From the NCBI RefSeq assembly GCF_000186885.1, contig NC_014972.1, forward strand, positions 1,200,001 to 1,232,000: a DNA stretch of 32,000 bases, given 5' to 3'. How positions within the stretch are numbered: position 1 is the stretch's first letter; the number at the start of each line of letters is the position of its first letter. Source of the stretch: Desulfobulbus propionicus DSM 2032. Its GTDB lineage: Bacteria > Desulfobacterota > Desulfobulbia > Desulfobulbales > Desulfobulbaceae. Of this stretch, positions 8,855-21,474 are shown one piece after another. The notes below the pieces were generated by a model. The model did no database searches. It was not told the DNA's origin and saw only the letters and a list, made by a program, of their open reading frames with translations. A program made the position numbers and the translations under genes.

Positions 8855-9861
8855 GGAGAGTCCTCGCCCTGGCCGAAGAGCAGCGCATTGGGGTTCTGCT
8901 GCAGGTAGTCGGTCAGCTGTCTGATGGAGGCGGCGGCCCGTTCGATCTCCCGCAGCGAGGCGCCGGCCTGGTAGGAGAGCAGGGAATCCTTTGCCGTCAG
9001 TTGTTCGATGTTGTTGAGCGTCTTGGTCAGCGAAGCGGCGGTGGCGTTGAGTCCGCTCAGCAGGTGTTTGAATTCGGTGCTCATCCCCGGCAGTTGTTTG
9101 TCGGCGGTGTGCAGAAAACGATCGGCGGTGGCCGAAAGAGCCGCAAAATTGGTCAATCCCTTTTTCAGTTCGGCGGCCAGCGCCGGGAACTCGCTGTCAG
9201 CCCGGCCCAAAAGAGTGTTGACCCGATCCATGGTGGTGTCCAGGGCTGCCAGGGCGTTGCGGGTTTCTTTGGAGTTGATGATCGAGTTGATGCCGTCAAG
9301 GGCGGTGGCGGTTTTGTGAAGAATCTCGCTCAGCGGCATGGTTTCCAGGGTCTGGGTGATCTGTTCAAGCCCGGAAACCTGGGTGGGAATCTCGAAGAGG
9401 TCGGTGTCCTTGCCGCGCAGCTGGGCCTTGGTTCCGGGATAAAAGGCCAGATCGATGTAGAGCTTGCCGGTCAACAGGCTGGTGATTTTCAGCTGGGCGC
9501 GCATCCCCTGGTCGATCAGCTCGGTGAGCATGGCACGGATAGTGTCCGGATGCCAATTTTCGGACCGGTTGTTGGTTAGATCCGGGGTCTGCTGGATGTC
9601 AATGTAGACCGGAATGATGTAGTTGTTCTTTTGCGCGTCGAAACTGATCCGCACCGCGCTGACCCGACCGATGGTCACTCCGCGGAAGGTCACCGGCGCG
9701 CCGATGTCGAGCCCGTAGAGCGAGCCGGTGAAATAGGCGACACAGCGGAAGCGGTCGTCCTTGAACTTGATGTTGCCCAGGATGACGATCGCGGCGATGG
9801 TCAGGCCGATGGCGGTGAGGACAAAGGCGCCGACCAGGGTCGGGTTGGCTTTCTTGCTCAA
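8851..9861 (-). CDS. MlaD/MCE-domain protein
   Basis: Likely TTG start at 9861 (LSKKANPTLVGAFVLTAIGLTIAAIVILG), overlapping the ATPase stop as TTGA. TM segment followed by MCE pattern VAYFTGSLYGLDIGAPVTFRGVTIGRVSAVRI. Confidence 0.88.
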   Translation of the reverse strand: MSKKANPTLVGAFVLTAIGLTIAAIVILGNIKFKDDRFRCVAYFTGSLYGLDIGAPVTFRGVTIGRVSAVRISFDAQKNNYIIPVYIDIQQTPDLTNNRSENWHPDTIRAMLTELIDQGMRAQLKITSLLTGKLYIDLAFYPGTKAQLRGKDTDLFEIPTQVSGLEQITQTLETMPLSEILHKTATALDGINSIINSKETRNALAALDTTMDRVNTLLGRADSEFPALAAELKKGLTNFAALSATADRFLHTADKQLPGMSTEFKHLLSGLNATAASLTKTLNNIEQLTAKDSLLSYQAGASLREIERAAASIRQLTDYLQQNPNALLFGQGEDSP

Positions 9862-10634
9862 ACTGTTCGAACCTCCCGTTTTCCGGTTCCCCGGGTGAGA
9901 AATTTGAGCACCGTCGGGTCGGTGCATTCCTGCAGGAGCCTCTTGGGATCGCCGGTGGCCAGCATGGTCTTGGCCTCGCTGTCGAGATAGACCGAGTTGG
10001 TGGCGATGGCGTAGATCGAGGCCAGTTCATGGGTGACGATGATTACCGTGGCGCCGAGGCTCTCGCGCAGTTCGAGGATCAGCTCGTCGAGATTGCGGGC
10101 GCTGATCGGGTCGAGCCCGGCCGAGGGTTCATCGAAAAAAAGAAAATCTGGGTCCAGGGCAATGGCCCGTGCCAAGGCCGCCCGTTTGCGCATGCCGCCG
10201 GACAACTGGGCGGGATAGAATTCCTCGAACCCCGCCAGCCCGACCAAGGACAGCTTGAACGACACCAGCTCGGCAATCACCGCGGGCGGCAAATCGGTAT
10301 AATGCTGCAACGGTAGGGCCACGTTTTCCGCCAGGGTCATCGAGCTCCACAGGGCACCGGACTGGTAGAGGACACCGGCCCTTCGGACGATCGTCGCCCG
10401 GTCCTCCTCTTCTAGTTCCCAGAAATTATCGCGACCGTACCAGACCGCTCCACTGGCCGGCGGTTTGAGGCCGATCATGTGGCGCAGCAGGGTCGATTTG
10501 CCGCAGCCCGACCCACCCATGATCACGAAGATGTCCCCCCGGGCGATGGTGAAGGTGAGGTCGCGCTGGAGGACGAAACTGCCATAGGCCATGGTCAGAT
10601 TTTGGACGGTGATAGCGGCAACGGACTCGGTCAT
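9858..10634 (-). CDS. MlaF-like ABC transporter ATP-binding protein
   Basis: Walker A GGSGCGKSTLLRHMIG; signature LSGGMRKRAALARAIALDPDFLFFDEPSAGLDP; located beside MlaE- and MlaD-like genes. Confidence 0.93.
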   Translation of the reverse strand: MTESVAAITVQNLTMAYGSFVLQRDLTFTIARGDIFVIMGGSGCGKSTLLRHMIGLKPPASGAVWYGRDNFWELEEEDRATIVRRAGVLYQSGALWSSMTLAENVALPLQHYTDLPPAVIAELVSFKLSLVGLAGFEEFYPAQLSGGMRKRAALARAIALDPDFLFFDEPSAGLDPISARNLDELILELRESLGATVIIVTHELASIYAIATNSVYLDSEAKTMLATGDPKRLLQECTDPTVLKFLTRGTGKREVRTV

Positions 10635-10644
10635 CGCCGAGGCC

Positions 10645-11760
10645 TCAGCGGTAGAGGAGGAAGGTGATGATCGAGTCGGAAACCACGATCAGGACAATCG
10701 AGGTGACCACGGCCGAGGTGGTGGCCTCGCCGACCGCGAGCGCGCTCCGTCCGCACTGCATGCCGCGCAGGCAGCCGGCATAGCCGATCAGGACCCCGAA
10801 AATCGACGCCTTGAGAATACCTTGGCCGCACTGGCCGAGGCGCAAGGTTTTGCGGGTCTGTTCGAGATATTCGATCAGCGACAGATCAAGCATGGTGACG
10901 CCGATCACCGAACCGCCCAGAATGCCCATGATGTCGGCGTAGACGCACAGCAGGGGCAGCATTAGCATCAGGGCCAGCATCCGCGGCAGGACGAGAAAAC
11001 CCACCGGCGAGATGCCCATGGTACGCAGGGCGTCGATTTCCTCGTTGACCTGCATGGTGCCCAACTGCGCCGCGTAGGCCGCGCCGATTCGGCCGGCGAT
11101 GATCACCCCGCTCATCAGCGCGCCCATCTCCAGCACCATGCCCAAGCCGACCAGGTTGGCCACATAGATCTGGGCGCCGAACATCTGGAGCTGCACCGCG
11201 CCAACGAAGGACAGAATCACGCCTACCAGCACCGCGATCAGGCTGACGATCGGCAGCGACTCCACGCCGCAGCTCTGGATGAAGTAGAAGAAATCGCGCC
11301 ATTTGAAGGGTTTTTTGCCTGCGGCCAGCGCCATGCAGGCGAGGATGATTTCACCGGTGAAGGCGGCCGCCTCCCGCGCCTGTCCGGAAAGGGCGAGCGT
11401 CAGGCGGCCGATACGGGTAACCAGCAATTCGCGGACGTTCTTGCCATAAGTGACCTTTTCCGGAACAGCCTCGGACAGGGCCAGCAGCCGCCGCACCCCG
11501 GGCGGCAAGCCTTCCAGGTCGACCGCGATGCCGCCATTGCGGGCCGCTGCCGTGGTCGCCTTGAGGAAGACCAGCAGCCTGGTGTCCCATTCGGCAAGGT
11601 CGGTGGAAAGAAAGGCGAGCGTGCGAATGGAGGAGTCGAGCGCTCCCACCAGCTCCGTCGGCGGCGGCGGATCGGTGCGCAGGGTCCAGGCTCCTTGCAG
11701 GTGAACCGTCAACCTGCTTGGCTGACTGCGGTCAAGGGAAAAACAGGGTCGCTGATGCAC
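10645..11760 (-). CDS. MlaE-family permease with N-terminal STAS-like region
   Basis: MlaE core QLQMFGAQIYVANLVGLGMVLEMGALMSGVIIAGRIGAAYAAQLGTMQVNEEIDALRTMGI...; N-terminal ~130 aa contain STAS-like LDSS...GGIAVDLEGLPPGVRRLLALS. Confidence 0.9.
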   Translation of the reverse strand: MHQRPCFSLDRSQPSRLTVHLQGAWTLRTDPPPPTELVGALDSSIRTLAFLSTDLAEWDTRLLVFLKATTAAARNGGIAVDLEGLPPGVRRLLALSEAVPEKVTYGKNVRELLVTRIGRLTLALSGQAREAAAFTGEIILACMALAAGKKPFKWRDFFYFIQSCGVESLPIVSLIAVLVGVILSFVGAVQLQMFGAQIYVANLVGLGMVLEMGALMSGVIIAGRIGAAYAAQLGTMQVNEEIDALRTMGISPVGFLVLPRMLALMLMLPLLCVYADIMGILGGSVIGVTMLDLSLIEYLEQTRKTLRLGQCGQGILKASIFGVLIGYAGCLRGMQCGRSALAVGEATTSAVVTSIVLIVVSDSIITFLLYR

Positions 11761-11808
11761 GGTGTTCGATCTGGTTGGTTGGGCGTTGCCCGGACGGCGG
11801 ATTTCGGT

Positions 11809-12510
11809 CTATCGGCCGATGGGCTGGGCGTTTCGTCCCGGTTTGGGCAGAAGCTGGCGCAGTGGATCAGCCTGCGCATTGGTCCATCGCTGGTTGATGA
11901 GCACGTCGAACAGCTGGACCGGCTTGCCGTAATACTGCCGGTTCCAGTCATCCAGGGGAGAGATGGCCGCTCCTTCGAGACTGACACCGCCATAGATGCC
12001 CTGCGAGCGACCAAAGGCAAGGATGTCGGCGGTTTGCGCCTTGGCCGACGCGCCCATGGGTCCCGCGGCCACGGCCACATCGGCGCCGATTTTGTAGTCG
12101 GTGGACAGCATGGCGTTCAGCCCTCGGTCGGTCATGATCAACAGGATGATTTCCGAGGCATCGGCGCCGACCTGAAATCCCAGGGAAACCGAACCCATGC
12201 TGTAAAAAGCCGGATAGCTCCATTTGCCGCTACCCGAATCCTGGGCGAGCAGCACGCCGCGACCGCCCGAGCCGCCGATGATGAAACCGCCGCGCAGCAT
12301 CTGGGGAACGATGAAGATACCCCGTGCCTGGTCGACATTGCGCTGGAACCATTCCATGTTGGGATCGGCCATGAAGCCTTTGTAGACCGAGGCGGCGCGA
12401 CCAACCAGATCCGCGGGTTCCCCGTAATAGTCGGCGGAGGCGGATGAGGCCGGGAGGATCGAAGCGTAGAGCGCAAAGAGCAGGACAACGGCCAAGCGAT
12501 GGAAGGACAT
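11809..12510 (-). CDS. Secreted SYLF-domain (YSC84-related) lipid-binding-type protein
   Basis: Start at MSFHRLAVVLLFALYASILPASSASA; GIFIVPQMLRGGFIIGGSGGRGVLLAQD...WSYPAFYSMGSVSLGFQVGADASEIILLIMTDRGLNAML..KIGADVAVAAGP is typical of SYLF proteins. Confidence 0.87.
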   Translation of the reverse strand: MSFHRLAVVLLFALYASILPASSASADYYGEPADLVGRAASVYKGFMADPNMEWFQRNVDQARGIFIVPQMLRGGFIIGGSGGRGVLLAQDSGSGKWSYPAFYSMGSVSLGFQVGADASEIILLIMTDRGLNAMLSTDYKIGADVAVAAGPMGASAKAQTADILAFGRSQGIYGGVSLEGAAISPLDDWNRQYYGKPVQLFDVLINQRWTNAQADPLRQLLPKPGRNAQPIGR

Positions 12511-12596
12511 GGGGAAACCTCCTCGGAGTCGAACGGGTGATGGGTTTCTTCCTGTCGGAATCATTGATGATATGGTATAGGCTGTCTTTGCACAAG

Positions 12597-12627
12597 AAAA
12601 AAGTGCCAAAACCCGCCGCGTCGGCAC
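12597..12627 (-). terminator. Putative rho-independent terminator downstream of the rubredoxin gene
   Basis: Minus strand GTGCCGA-cgcggcgggtt-TTGGCAC (one G-U pair) immediately followed by TTTTTT. Confidence 0.45.
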
Positions 12628-12718
12628 AAGGAGAAACACAGTATTCAAGGAGGAGCGCGAGAGGGGAAAGGGGCAGGCCGCGCACCGGAACAACGCGAGC
12701 GGCCTGCGGGCCTGGGGA

Positions 12719-12877
12719 TCAGTCGACGGCGTAGAAGTATTCTTTTTCCGCTCCGCATTTGGGACAGACCCAGTCGTCGGGCAGGTCGGCAAAGGCGGTT
12801 CCCGGAGCCACGCCGTGCTCGAAATCACCTTCGGCGGGATCGTACACATATCCACAGGGACATTCCATTTTCTGCAT
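12719..12877 (-). CDS. Rubredoxin
   Basis: 52 aa [52 protein letters not shown]; hallmark [16 protein letters not shown]. Confidence 0.92.
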   Translation of the reverse strand: MQKMECPCGYVYDPAEGDFEHGVAPGTAFADLPDDWVCPKCGAEKEYFYAVD

Positions 12878-13105
12878 GTTTTCTTCTCCTGGTGCATGGG
12901 GTTGATGGATGTCTTCGCGCTTGGCTGCTCCCGCAAAGGGGGTGTCGAGCCGTAGCCATTTCATCGTCAAGACACCCTAAAGAGTTTTCAGCCCAGGGAC
13001 AAGCAAAAGAACAAAGGGTTGATACAAATTATGCTTCTTCCCGGCGGACGGTCCGTGACCCAGAGGGACGTTGTTCGGGAAAAGGGCGGGGTGGAAAATT
13101 ACACT

Positions 13106-13135
13106 TGACAGAAGTCGATGGAATCGGGTTAAATA
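13106..13135 (+). promoter_or_regulatory. Putative sigma70-type promoter for rplU-rpmA
   Basis: TTGACA (13106-13111), 18-bp spacer, TTAAAT (13130-13135), ~67 bp upstream of the rplU start; GGAGGAG ribosome-binding site just before the ATG. Confidence 0.5.
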
Positions 13136-13201
13136 ACGCGCTTTGCGATTAATTATTTCCATTGGCCGTTATAGATTTGAGTGATAGAGAGGAGGAGTCG
13201 C

Positions 13202-13513
13202 ATGTATGCAATAATTCGGACCGGCGGCAAACAGTATCAGGTGGAAGCCGGCGACACGCTTCGCGTGGAAAAGCTCCAGGGCGAAGTAGGCGACACCGTG
13301 GAGTTAGCAGAGGTTCTTCTGGTGGTTGACGGTGAAACCGTGAAGATCGGTCAGCCCATGGTTGACGGCGCCAAGGTGGTGGCCAAGATCGTCGAGCAGG
13401 GGCGCCATAAGAAGGTTATCGTCTTCAAGAAAAAACGTCGCCAGGGTTATCAGGTGAAAAAAGGGCATCGCCAGATGTACACCGCCCTGGCCATCGAGAC
13501 GATTTCAGCATAA
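13202..13513 (+). CDS. rplU: 50S ribosomal protein L21
   Basis: MYAIIRTGGKQYQVEAGDTLRVEKLQGEVGD...KKRRQGYQVKKGHRQMYTALAIETI. Confidence 0.97.
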   Translation: MYAIIRTGGKQYQVEAGDTLRVEKLQGEVGDTVELAEVLLVVDGETVKIGQPMVDGAKVVAKIVEQGRHKKVIVFKKKRRQGYQVKKGHRQMYTALAIETISA

Positions 13514-13543
13514 GGGATTAACTGATTTACTGGAGAACACACC

Positions 13544-13801
13544 ATGGCTCATAAGAAAGCAGGCGGCAGTTCGCGAAACGGCCGCGACAGTGCGGGGCAG
13601 CGACGGGGCATCAAGCGGTTCGGCGGTCAGATCGTCAAGGCCGGCAGTATTCTGGTTCGGCAACTGGGCACGGTCATCCACCCCGGAACCAATGTCGGCT
13701 GCGGCCGTGACTACACCCTGTTTGCCAAGGTCGACGGCACGGTCAAGTACGAGTCCTTCGGCAAGGACCGCAAGAGAGTTTCCGTTTATCCCGCCGAGTA
13801 G
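13544..13801 (+). CDS. rpmA: 50S ribosomal protein L27
   Basis: [43 protein letters not shown]. Confidence 0.98.
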   Translation: MAHKKAGGSSRNGRDSAGQRRGIKRFGGQIVKAGSILVRQLGTVIHPGTNVGCGRDYTLFAKVDGTVKYESFGKDRKRVSVYPAE

Positions 13802-13873
13802 AGGCGGGTACCTCCTCGTTCGGGGAGGATTGGAGCGCCTTGTTGAGGCGTTTCCCGCAGATCAGGTCGCGGA

Positions 13874-16126
<2,253 letters not shown>

Positions 16127-16238
16127 AGCCGCTTTACAAGGAGGGCGCTTCGCGTCATAGTGGACCGCATCGACCGAAGCATGCACAGTGTAGTCCGCCG
16201 CAATCCGGCGGTTTCAGAGAACAAAAAGGAGAACAGCA

Positions 16239-17507
<1,269 letters not shown>

Positions 17508-17509
17508 AG

Positions 17510-18187
17510 GTGGGCGTGTCCTCAGTGGGTCGAACCGTCGGCCTGTTCGGCGGCACCTTCGATCCGGTCCACCAAGGGCATTTGGACTTGGCCTGCCACG
17601 TCCTTGAACGGTGCGGTCTCGATAACCTGCTGTTCATTCCGGCACCCCGGCCGCCGCACAAGGGACGGCCGTCTGCATCCTTTGCCCATCGGGTGGCCAT
17701 GCTCGAGGCGGCCTTGGTCGATTGCCCCGATGGCGGACGGATGCGTTGCTCGGCCATCGAGGCGGAATTGCCCGAACCGTCCTACACCATCCACACGGTG
17801 GAGGCCCTGATTCGGCGGCAGCCGGATTGCCGTTATGCGCTGGTGATCGGTGCCGACTCCTTGTTCGACCTGCCCCACTGGTACCGGGCCGCCGAGCTGC
17901 TGGCCCTGATCGACCTGATCGTGGTCAGGCGGGATCGAATCGAGCCCACGGCCATTGGGACGACGCTCGCCACTCTGGATTCCTCCTTCCAGGGTGACGA
18001 GCATCACCACCGCTGGCGCAACAGCACCGGGCGGACGGTGACCTATCTCGACGATATCGAACTGCCGGTGTCCTCCTCATCGATCCGCGAGGACTTGGCC
18101 CTTGGCCGGGAGCCGGCCATGCTGCCGTCGGCGGTGTTGGCCTACATCAAAACCCATCACCTGTACGGCTGGCGGAACAGCGCATGA
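17510..18187 (+). CDS. nadD: Nicotinate-nucleotide adenylyltransferase
   Basis: VGLFGGTFDPVHQGHLDLA (HxGH), FIPAPRPPHK, YALVIGADSLFDLPHWYRAAELL, VSSSSIREDLALG. GTG start. Confidence 0.93.
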   Translation: MGVSSVGRTVGLFGGTFDPVHQGHLDLACHVLERCGLDNLLFIPAPRPPHKGRPSASFAHRVAMLEAALVDCPDGGRMRCSAIEAELPEPSYTIHTVEALIRRQPDCRYALVIGADSLFDLPHWYRAAELLALIDLIVVRRDRIEPTAIGTTLATLDSSFQGDEHHHRWRNSTGRTVTYLDDIELPVSSSSIREDLALGREPAMLPSAVLAYIKTHHLYGWRNSA

Positions 18188-21100
18188 ACTATATCGCCGA
18201 TCTCCATGTCCATTCCCATTACTCGCGGGCGACGAGCAAGGCCAGCAACCTGTACGGTCTGGCCGCCTGGGCCGCGGTCAAGGGGATTGGCGTGGTGGGG
18301 ACCGGTGATTTCACCCACCCGGGCTGGTTTGCCCATCTGCACGACTGCCTTGAACCGGCCGAGCCCGGTTTCTTTCGTTTGAAACCCGAACCGGGCCGCG
18401 ACTGGAGCCAGTGGCTGCCACCGGGACTCCGGCCGGCGACCGCGCCCGAGTCCACCCGTTTTGTCCTCAGCGCCGAGATCAGTTCGATTTACAAACGGGG
18501 CGACAAGGTGCGCAAGGTGCACAATCTGCTGTACGCGCCGGATTTCGATGCGGTGCGGCGGCTCAATGCCACCTTGGTCACCCTGGGCAACATCAGCTCC
18601 GACGGTCGTCCCATCCTCGGGCTGGATGCCCGCGATCTGCTGGAGATACTGCTTGAGAAGGCGCCCGAGGGTTTCCTGGTCCCGGCCCATATCTGGACCC
18701 CCTGGTTTTCCCTGTTCGGTTCGAAGTCGGGCTTTGACCGCATCGAGGATTGTTTCGGCGATCTCAGCGACCACATCTTTGCCTTGGAGACCGGTCTTTC
18801 CTCCGATCCGGAAATGAACCGGCTGATTTCTCGCCTGGACCGGTTCACCCTCATCTCCAACTCCGATTGCCATTCGCCGGCCAAGCTGGGCCGCGAGGCC
18901 AATCTCTTTGCCACTGACTTCGACTACTTTTCCCTGCGCCAGGCTTTGCGCGCACCGCTAAACGCGGCCGGTGAGCACGTTTTTCGCGCCACGGTCGAAT
19001 TTTATCCGGAAGAGGGGAAATATCACTGCGACGGTCACCGCAAATGTCAGGTCTGTCAAGAACCCCCGGAAACCCGGAAGACTGGAGGGCGCTGCCCGCG
19101 CTGCGGCAAGCCGCTGACCATCGGCGTACTCCATCGGGTGATGGAGTTGGCCGACCGCAGCGAACCGGTGTTTCCCATCGGCAGCCCCGGGGTCCACAGT
19201 CTGATCCCGCTGCAGGAAATCGTGGCGGAGCTGCTCGACTGTGGCCCGGCGACCAAGAAGGCGGTGGATGGCTATGCGCGACTGATCAACCTGTTTGGTT
19301 CGGAGTTCGGACTGCTGCTGGACACGCCGATCGACGAGATCAGGGCCAAGGGGTCTGCCCTCCTGGCCGAGGCGATCGAACGGGTGCGGACCAACCATGT
19401 CATCCGCACGCCCGGCTATGACGGAGAGTTCGGCGTCATTCGCGTTTTTTCCGAGGGGGAGCGCGCCCGTCTGAGCGGCCAGGCCAGTCTGTTCGGCACG
19501 GTGGCGGCGGCTTCCCGACACACGCACAAAAGAACCCGGTTGGAGACGACGACCGTCACGACGACCACGGTTGCCTCGCCGCCCGCCTCCCTCAATGTTG
19601 AGCAACAGCGGGCGGTGGACAGCGAAGCGCCGCTGATTCTGGTTCAAGCCGGACCCGGTACCGGCAAGACCCACACCCTGGTCAGCCGGGTGCGGCGGAC
19701 AGCTGGCCGCTCAACGCGGCCCTGCACGGTGATCACCTTCACCAACAAGGCGGCGGCTGAGGTGCGCGAGCGGTTGGGGGAGACGGCGCACACCGGCGCC
19801 GGCATCACCGTGGCCACCTTTCATGGCTACTGCCTCAGCCAGCTGCGCCGCTTCCAGCCCGAACTGCGGGTGATCGGGCCCGAAGAACGGGCTCTTGTTC
19901 TCGAAGAACTGCATCCCCAATGGAGCGCACGGCAACGGGATGCCCTGGCGGCGGCGATCACCCTCGGCTGCCGTCAGGCGCGTTCGCCGTCAGACCCCGA
20001 TCAGCAGCGTTATTTTCAATGGCTGGCCGAGCGGTCCTTGATCGACCTCGACGCCTTGGTGCCCCGCACCGTAGCCTTGCTTCGCGGCGGAGGCAACGAG
20101 GCCGAGTCCGTGCGAGCCGCCACCGGCCATCTGTTTGTCGACGAGTTCCAGGATGTCAACGAGGCCCAGTACGCACTTGTCACCCTGCTGGCCCAGACGG
20201 CCACCGTTTTCGCCATCGGCGACCCCGATCAGGCCATCTACGGTTTTCGCGGTGCCGATCCCCGCTGGTTTCACGCCTTTATCGAGGATGTTCATCCGGA
20301 ATGTCACCAGCTGGTGTGCAACTACCGCAGCGGCGCGATGATTGTCCGCGCCGCCGAACAGCTGATCAGCCACAATCCCCATCCCGTGCCGCAGGCGCCG
20401 ATGCAACCCTGCGGCACCGCACCAGGAACGATCCATCTGCAGCGTTGCGCCAACCCCGATCAGGAGGCCATCTTCATCGCCGACCAGATCGAATTGCAGG
20501 TGGGCGGCACCTCGCACCGCAGCCTGGAACGGTTCGATCATGCGGAAAACTCCGCCTCTTCCCTGCGGGACATCGGCGTTCTTTACCGCACCTCGCGCCA
20601 GGCCGAAGCCCTTGCCACGACGCTCAGCAGACGGGGGCTTCCCTTTCAGCTGGTCGAGATCGAGGCCTATTATACCAAAGGGAACTGCCGCCTGCTCTAT
20701 CTGTGGATGCTGCTGCTCGCCGGATTGGCCGAATCCTGCCATCTCTTGGAGCTGCTGGGCCAAGAGCAGGGCCTGGGGGAACAAGGGATGAAGGTCGTCC
20801 GGACCCAGCTTGGCCGATCCCTTCTTCAGGATAAGCAACGGGGAGGCGTGCTCGACAGCCTCGTCCTCGACGGAACCGCTGGCGCAGCCCTTGCCCGTTT
20901 TCGTGCGTTCCATGGCCAACTGGTGGGCCACGACGGGGAACGCTCCCTGGACAGCATCCTAACGGCCCTGATGGAGCGCTACCAGCTCGATCCCCGGGCA
21001 TCCGACCTAGTGCGCCTGCGAGAGACAGCCCTCACCTTTGGTCGCTCATTTGCGGCCTTTGCCGCCCACCTCCAGCGCTTCAGTGATTCCGTGCTTTACG

Positions 21101-21471
21101 ACCCCCGGGTCGAGGCGGTGACCTTGTCCACCCTCCATGCGGCCAAAGGGCTCGAGTTCCCGGTGGTGTTCATGGCCGGAGTCGAGGATGGCCTGCTGCC
21201 GCTGGCGCCGCGCCGGGAACTGGTTGCCGAGGCCCTGCAGGCGCATGTTCAGGAGGAGCGCCGTTTGTGCTATGTCGGCATCACCCGGGCCAGGTCCACC
21301 CTCTACCTCACCTGGTGCGGGTCGCGATCCCTCTATGGCGGTCGGGCGGAGGACCGTCAGCCTTCCCCCTTGCTGGCCGAACTGCCAGCCGACGTCTTCA
21401 CCCCGCCACCGACAATGCAGCCTGCGACCAAACGCAGGCCTGCACACCGGCAACTTTCGCTATTTTCTTGA
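18184..21471 (+). CDS. Fusion of N-terminal PHP/EndoQ-like endonuclease module and C-terminal UvrD/PcrA-type SF1A helicase
   Basis: N-terminus: DLHVHSHYS, TGDFTHP, SAEISSIYKRGDKVRKVHNLLYAP, PAHIWTPWFSLFGSKSGFD, ISNSDCHSP, zinc-knuckle CDGHRKCQVC...CPRCGKPLTIGVLHRV. C-terminus: QAGPGTGKTHTL, TFTNKAAAEVRERL, FVDEFQDVN, GDPDQAIYGFRGA, CNYRSG, STLHAAKGLEFPVVFMAGVEDGLLPL, CYVGITRAR. Confidence 0.9.
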   Translation: MNYIADLHVHSHYSRATSKASNLYGLAAWAAVKGIGVVGTGDFTHPGWFAHLHDCLEPAEPGFFRLKPEPGRDWSQWLPPGLRPATAPESTRFVLSAEISSIYKRGDKVRKVHNLLYAPDFDAVRRLNATLVTLGNISSDGRPILGLDARDLLEILLEKAPEGFLVPAHIWTPWFSLFGSKSGFDRIEDCFGDLSDHIFALETGLSSDPEMNRLISRLDRFTLISNSDCHSPAKLGREANLFATDFDYFSLRQALRAPLNAAGEHVFRATVEFYPEEGKYHCDGHRKCQVCQEPPETRKTGGRCPRCGKPLTIGVLHRVMELADRSEPVFPIGSPGVHSLIPLQEIVAELLDCGPATKKAVDGYARLINLFGSEFGLLLDTPIDEIRAKGSALLAEAIERVRTNHVIRTPGYDGEFGVIRVFSEGERARLSGQASLFGTVAAASRHTHKRTRLETTTVTTTTVASPPASLNVEQQRAVDSEAPLILVQAGPGTGKTHTLVSRVRRTAGRSTRPCTVITFTNKAAAEVRERLGETAHTGAGITVATFHGYCLSQLRRFQPELRVIGPEERALVLEELHPQWSARQRDALAAAITLGCRQARSPSDPDQQRYFQWLAERSLIDLDALVPRTVALLRGGGNEAESVRAATGHLFVDEFQDVNEAQYALVTLLAQTATVFAIGDPDQAIYGFRGADPRWFHAFIEDVHPECHQLVCNYRSGAMIVRAAEQLISHNPHPVPQAPMQPCGTAPGTIHLQRCANPDQEAIFIADQIELQVGGTSHRSLERFDHAENSASSLRDIGVLYRTSRQAEALATTLSRRGLPFQLVEIEAYYTKGNCRLLYLWMLLLAGLAESCHLLELLGQEQGLGEQGMKVVRTQLGRSLLQDKQRGGVLDSLVLDGTAGAALARFRAFHGQLVGHDGERSLDSILTALMERYQLDPRASDLVRLRETALTFGRSFAAFAAHLQRFSDSVLYDPRVEAVTLSTLHAAKGLEFPVVFMAGVEDGLLPLAPRRELVAEALQAHVQEERRLCYVGITRARSTLYLTWCGSRSLYGGRAEDRQPSPLLAELPADVFTPPPTMQPATKRRPAHRQLSLFS

Positions 21472-21474
21472 GCC

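Noticed and set aside
16195-16211. Perfect 6-bp inverted repeat CCGCCG-caatc-CGGCGG between proB and proA
   Set aside because: Short and lacking a U-tract. It could be a weak attenuator or mRNA stabiliser, but there is not enough evidence to call a terminator or riboswitch.
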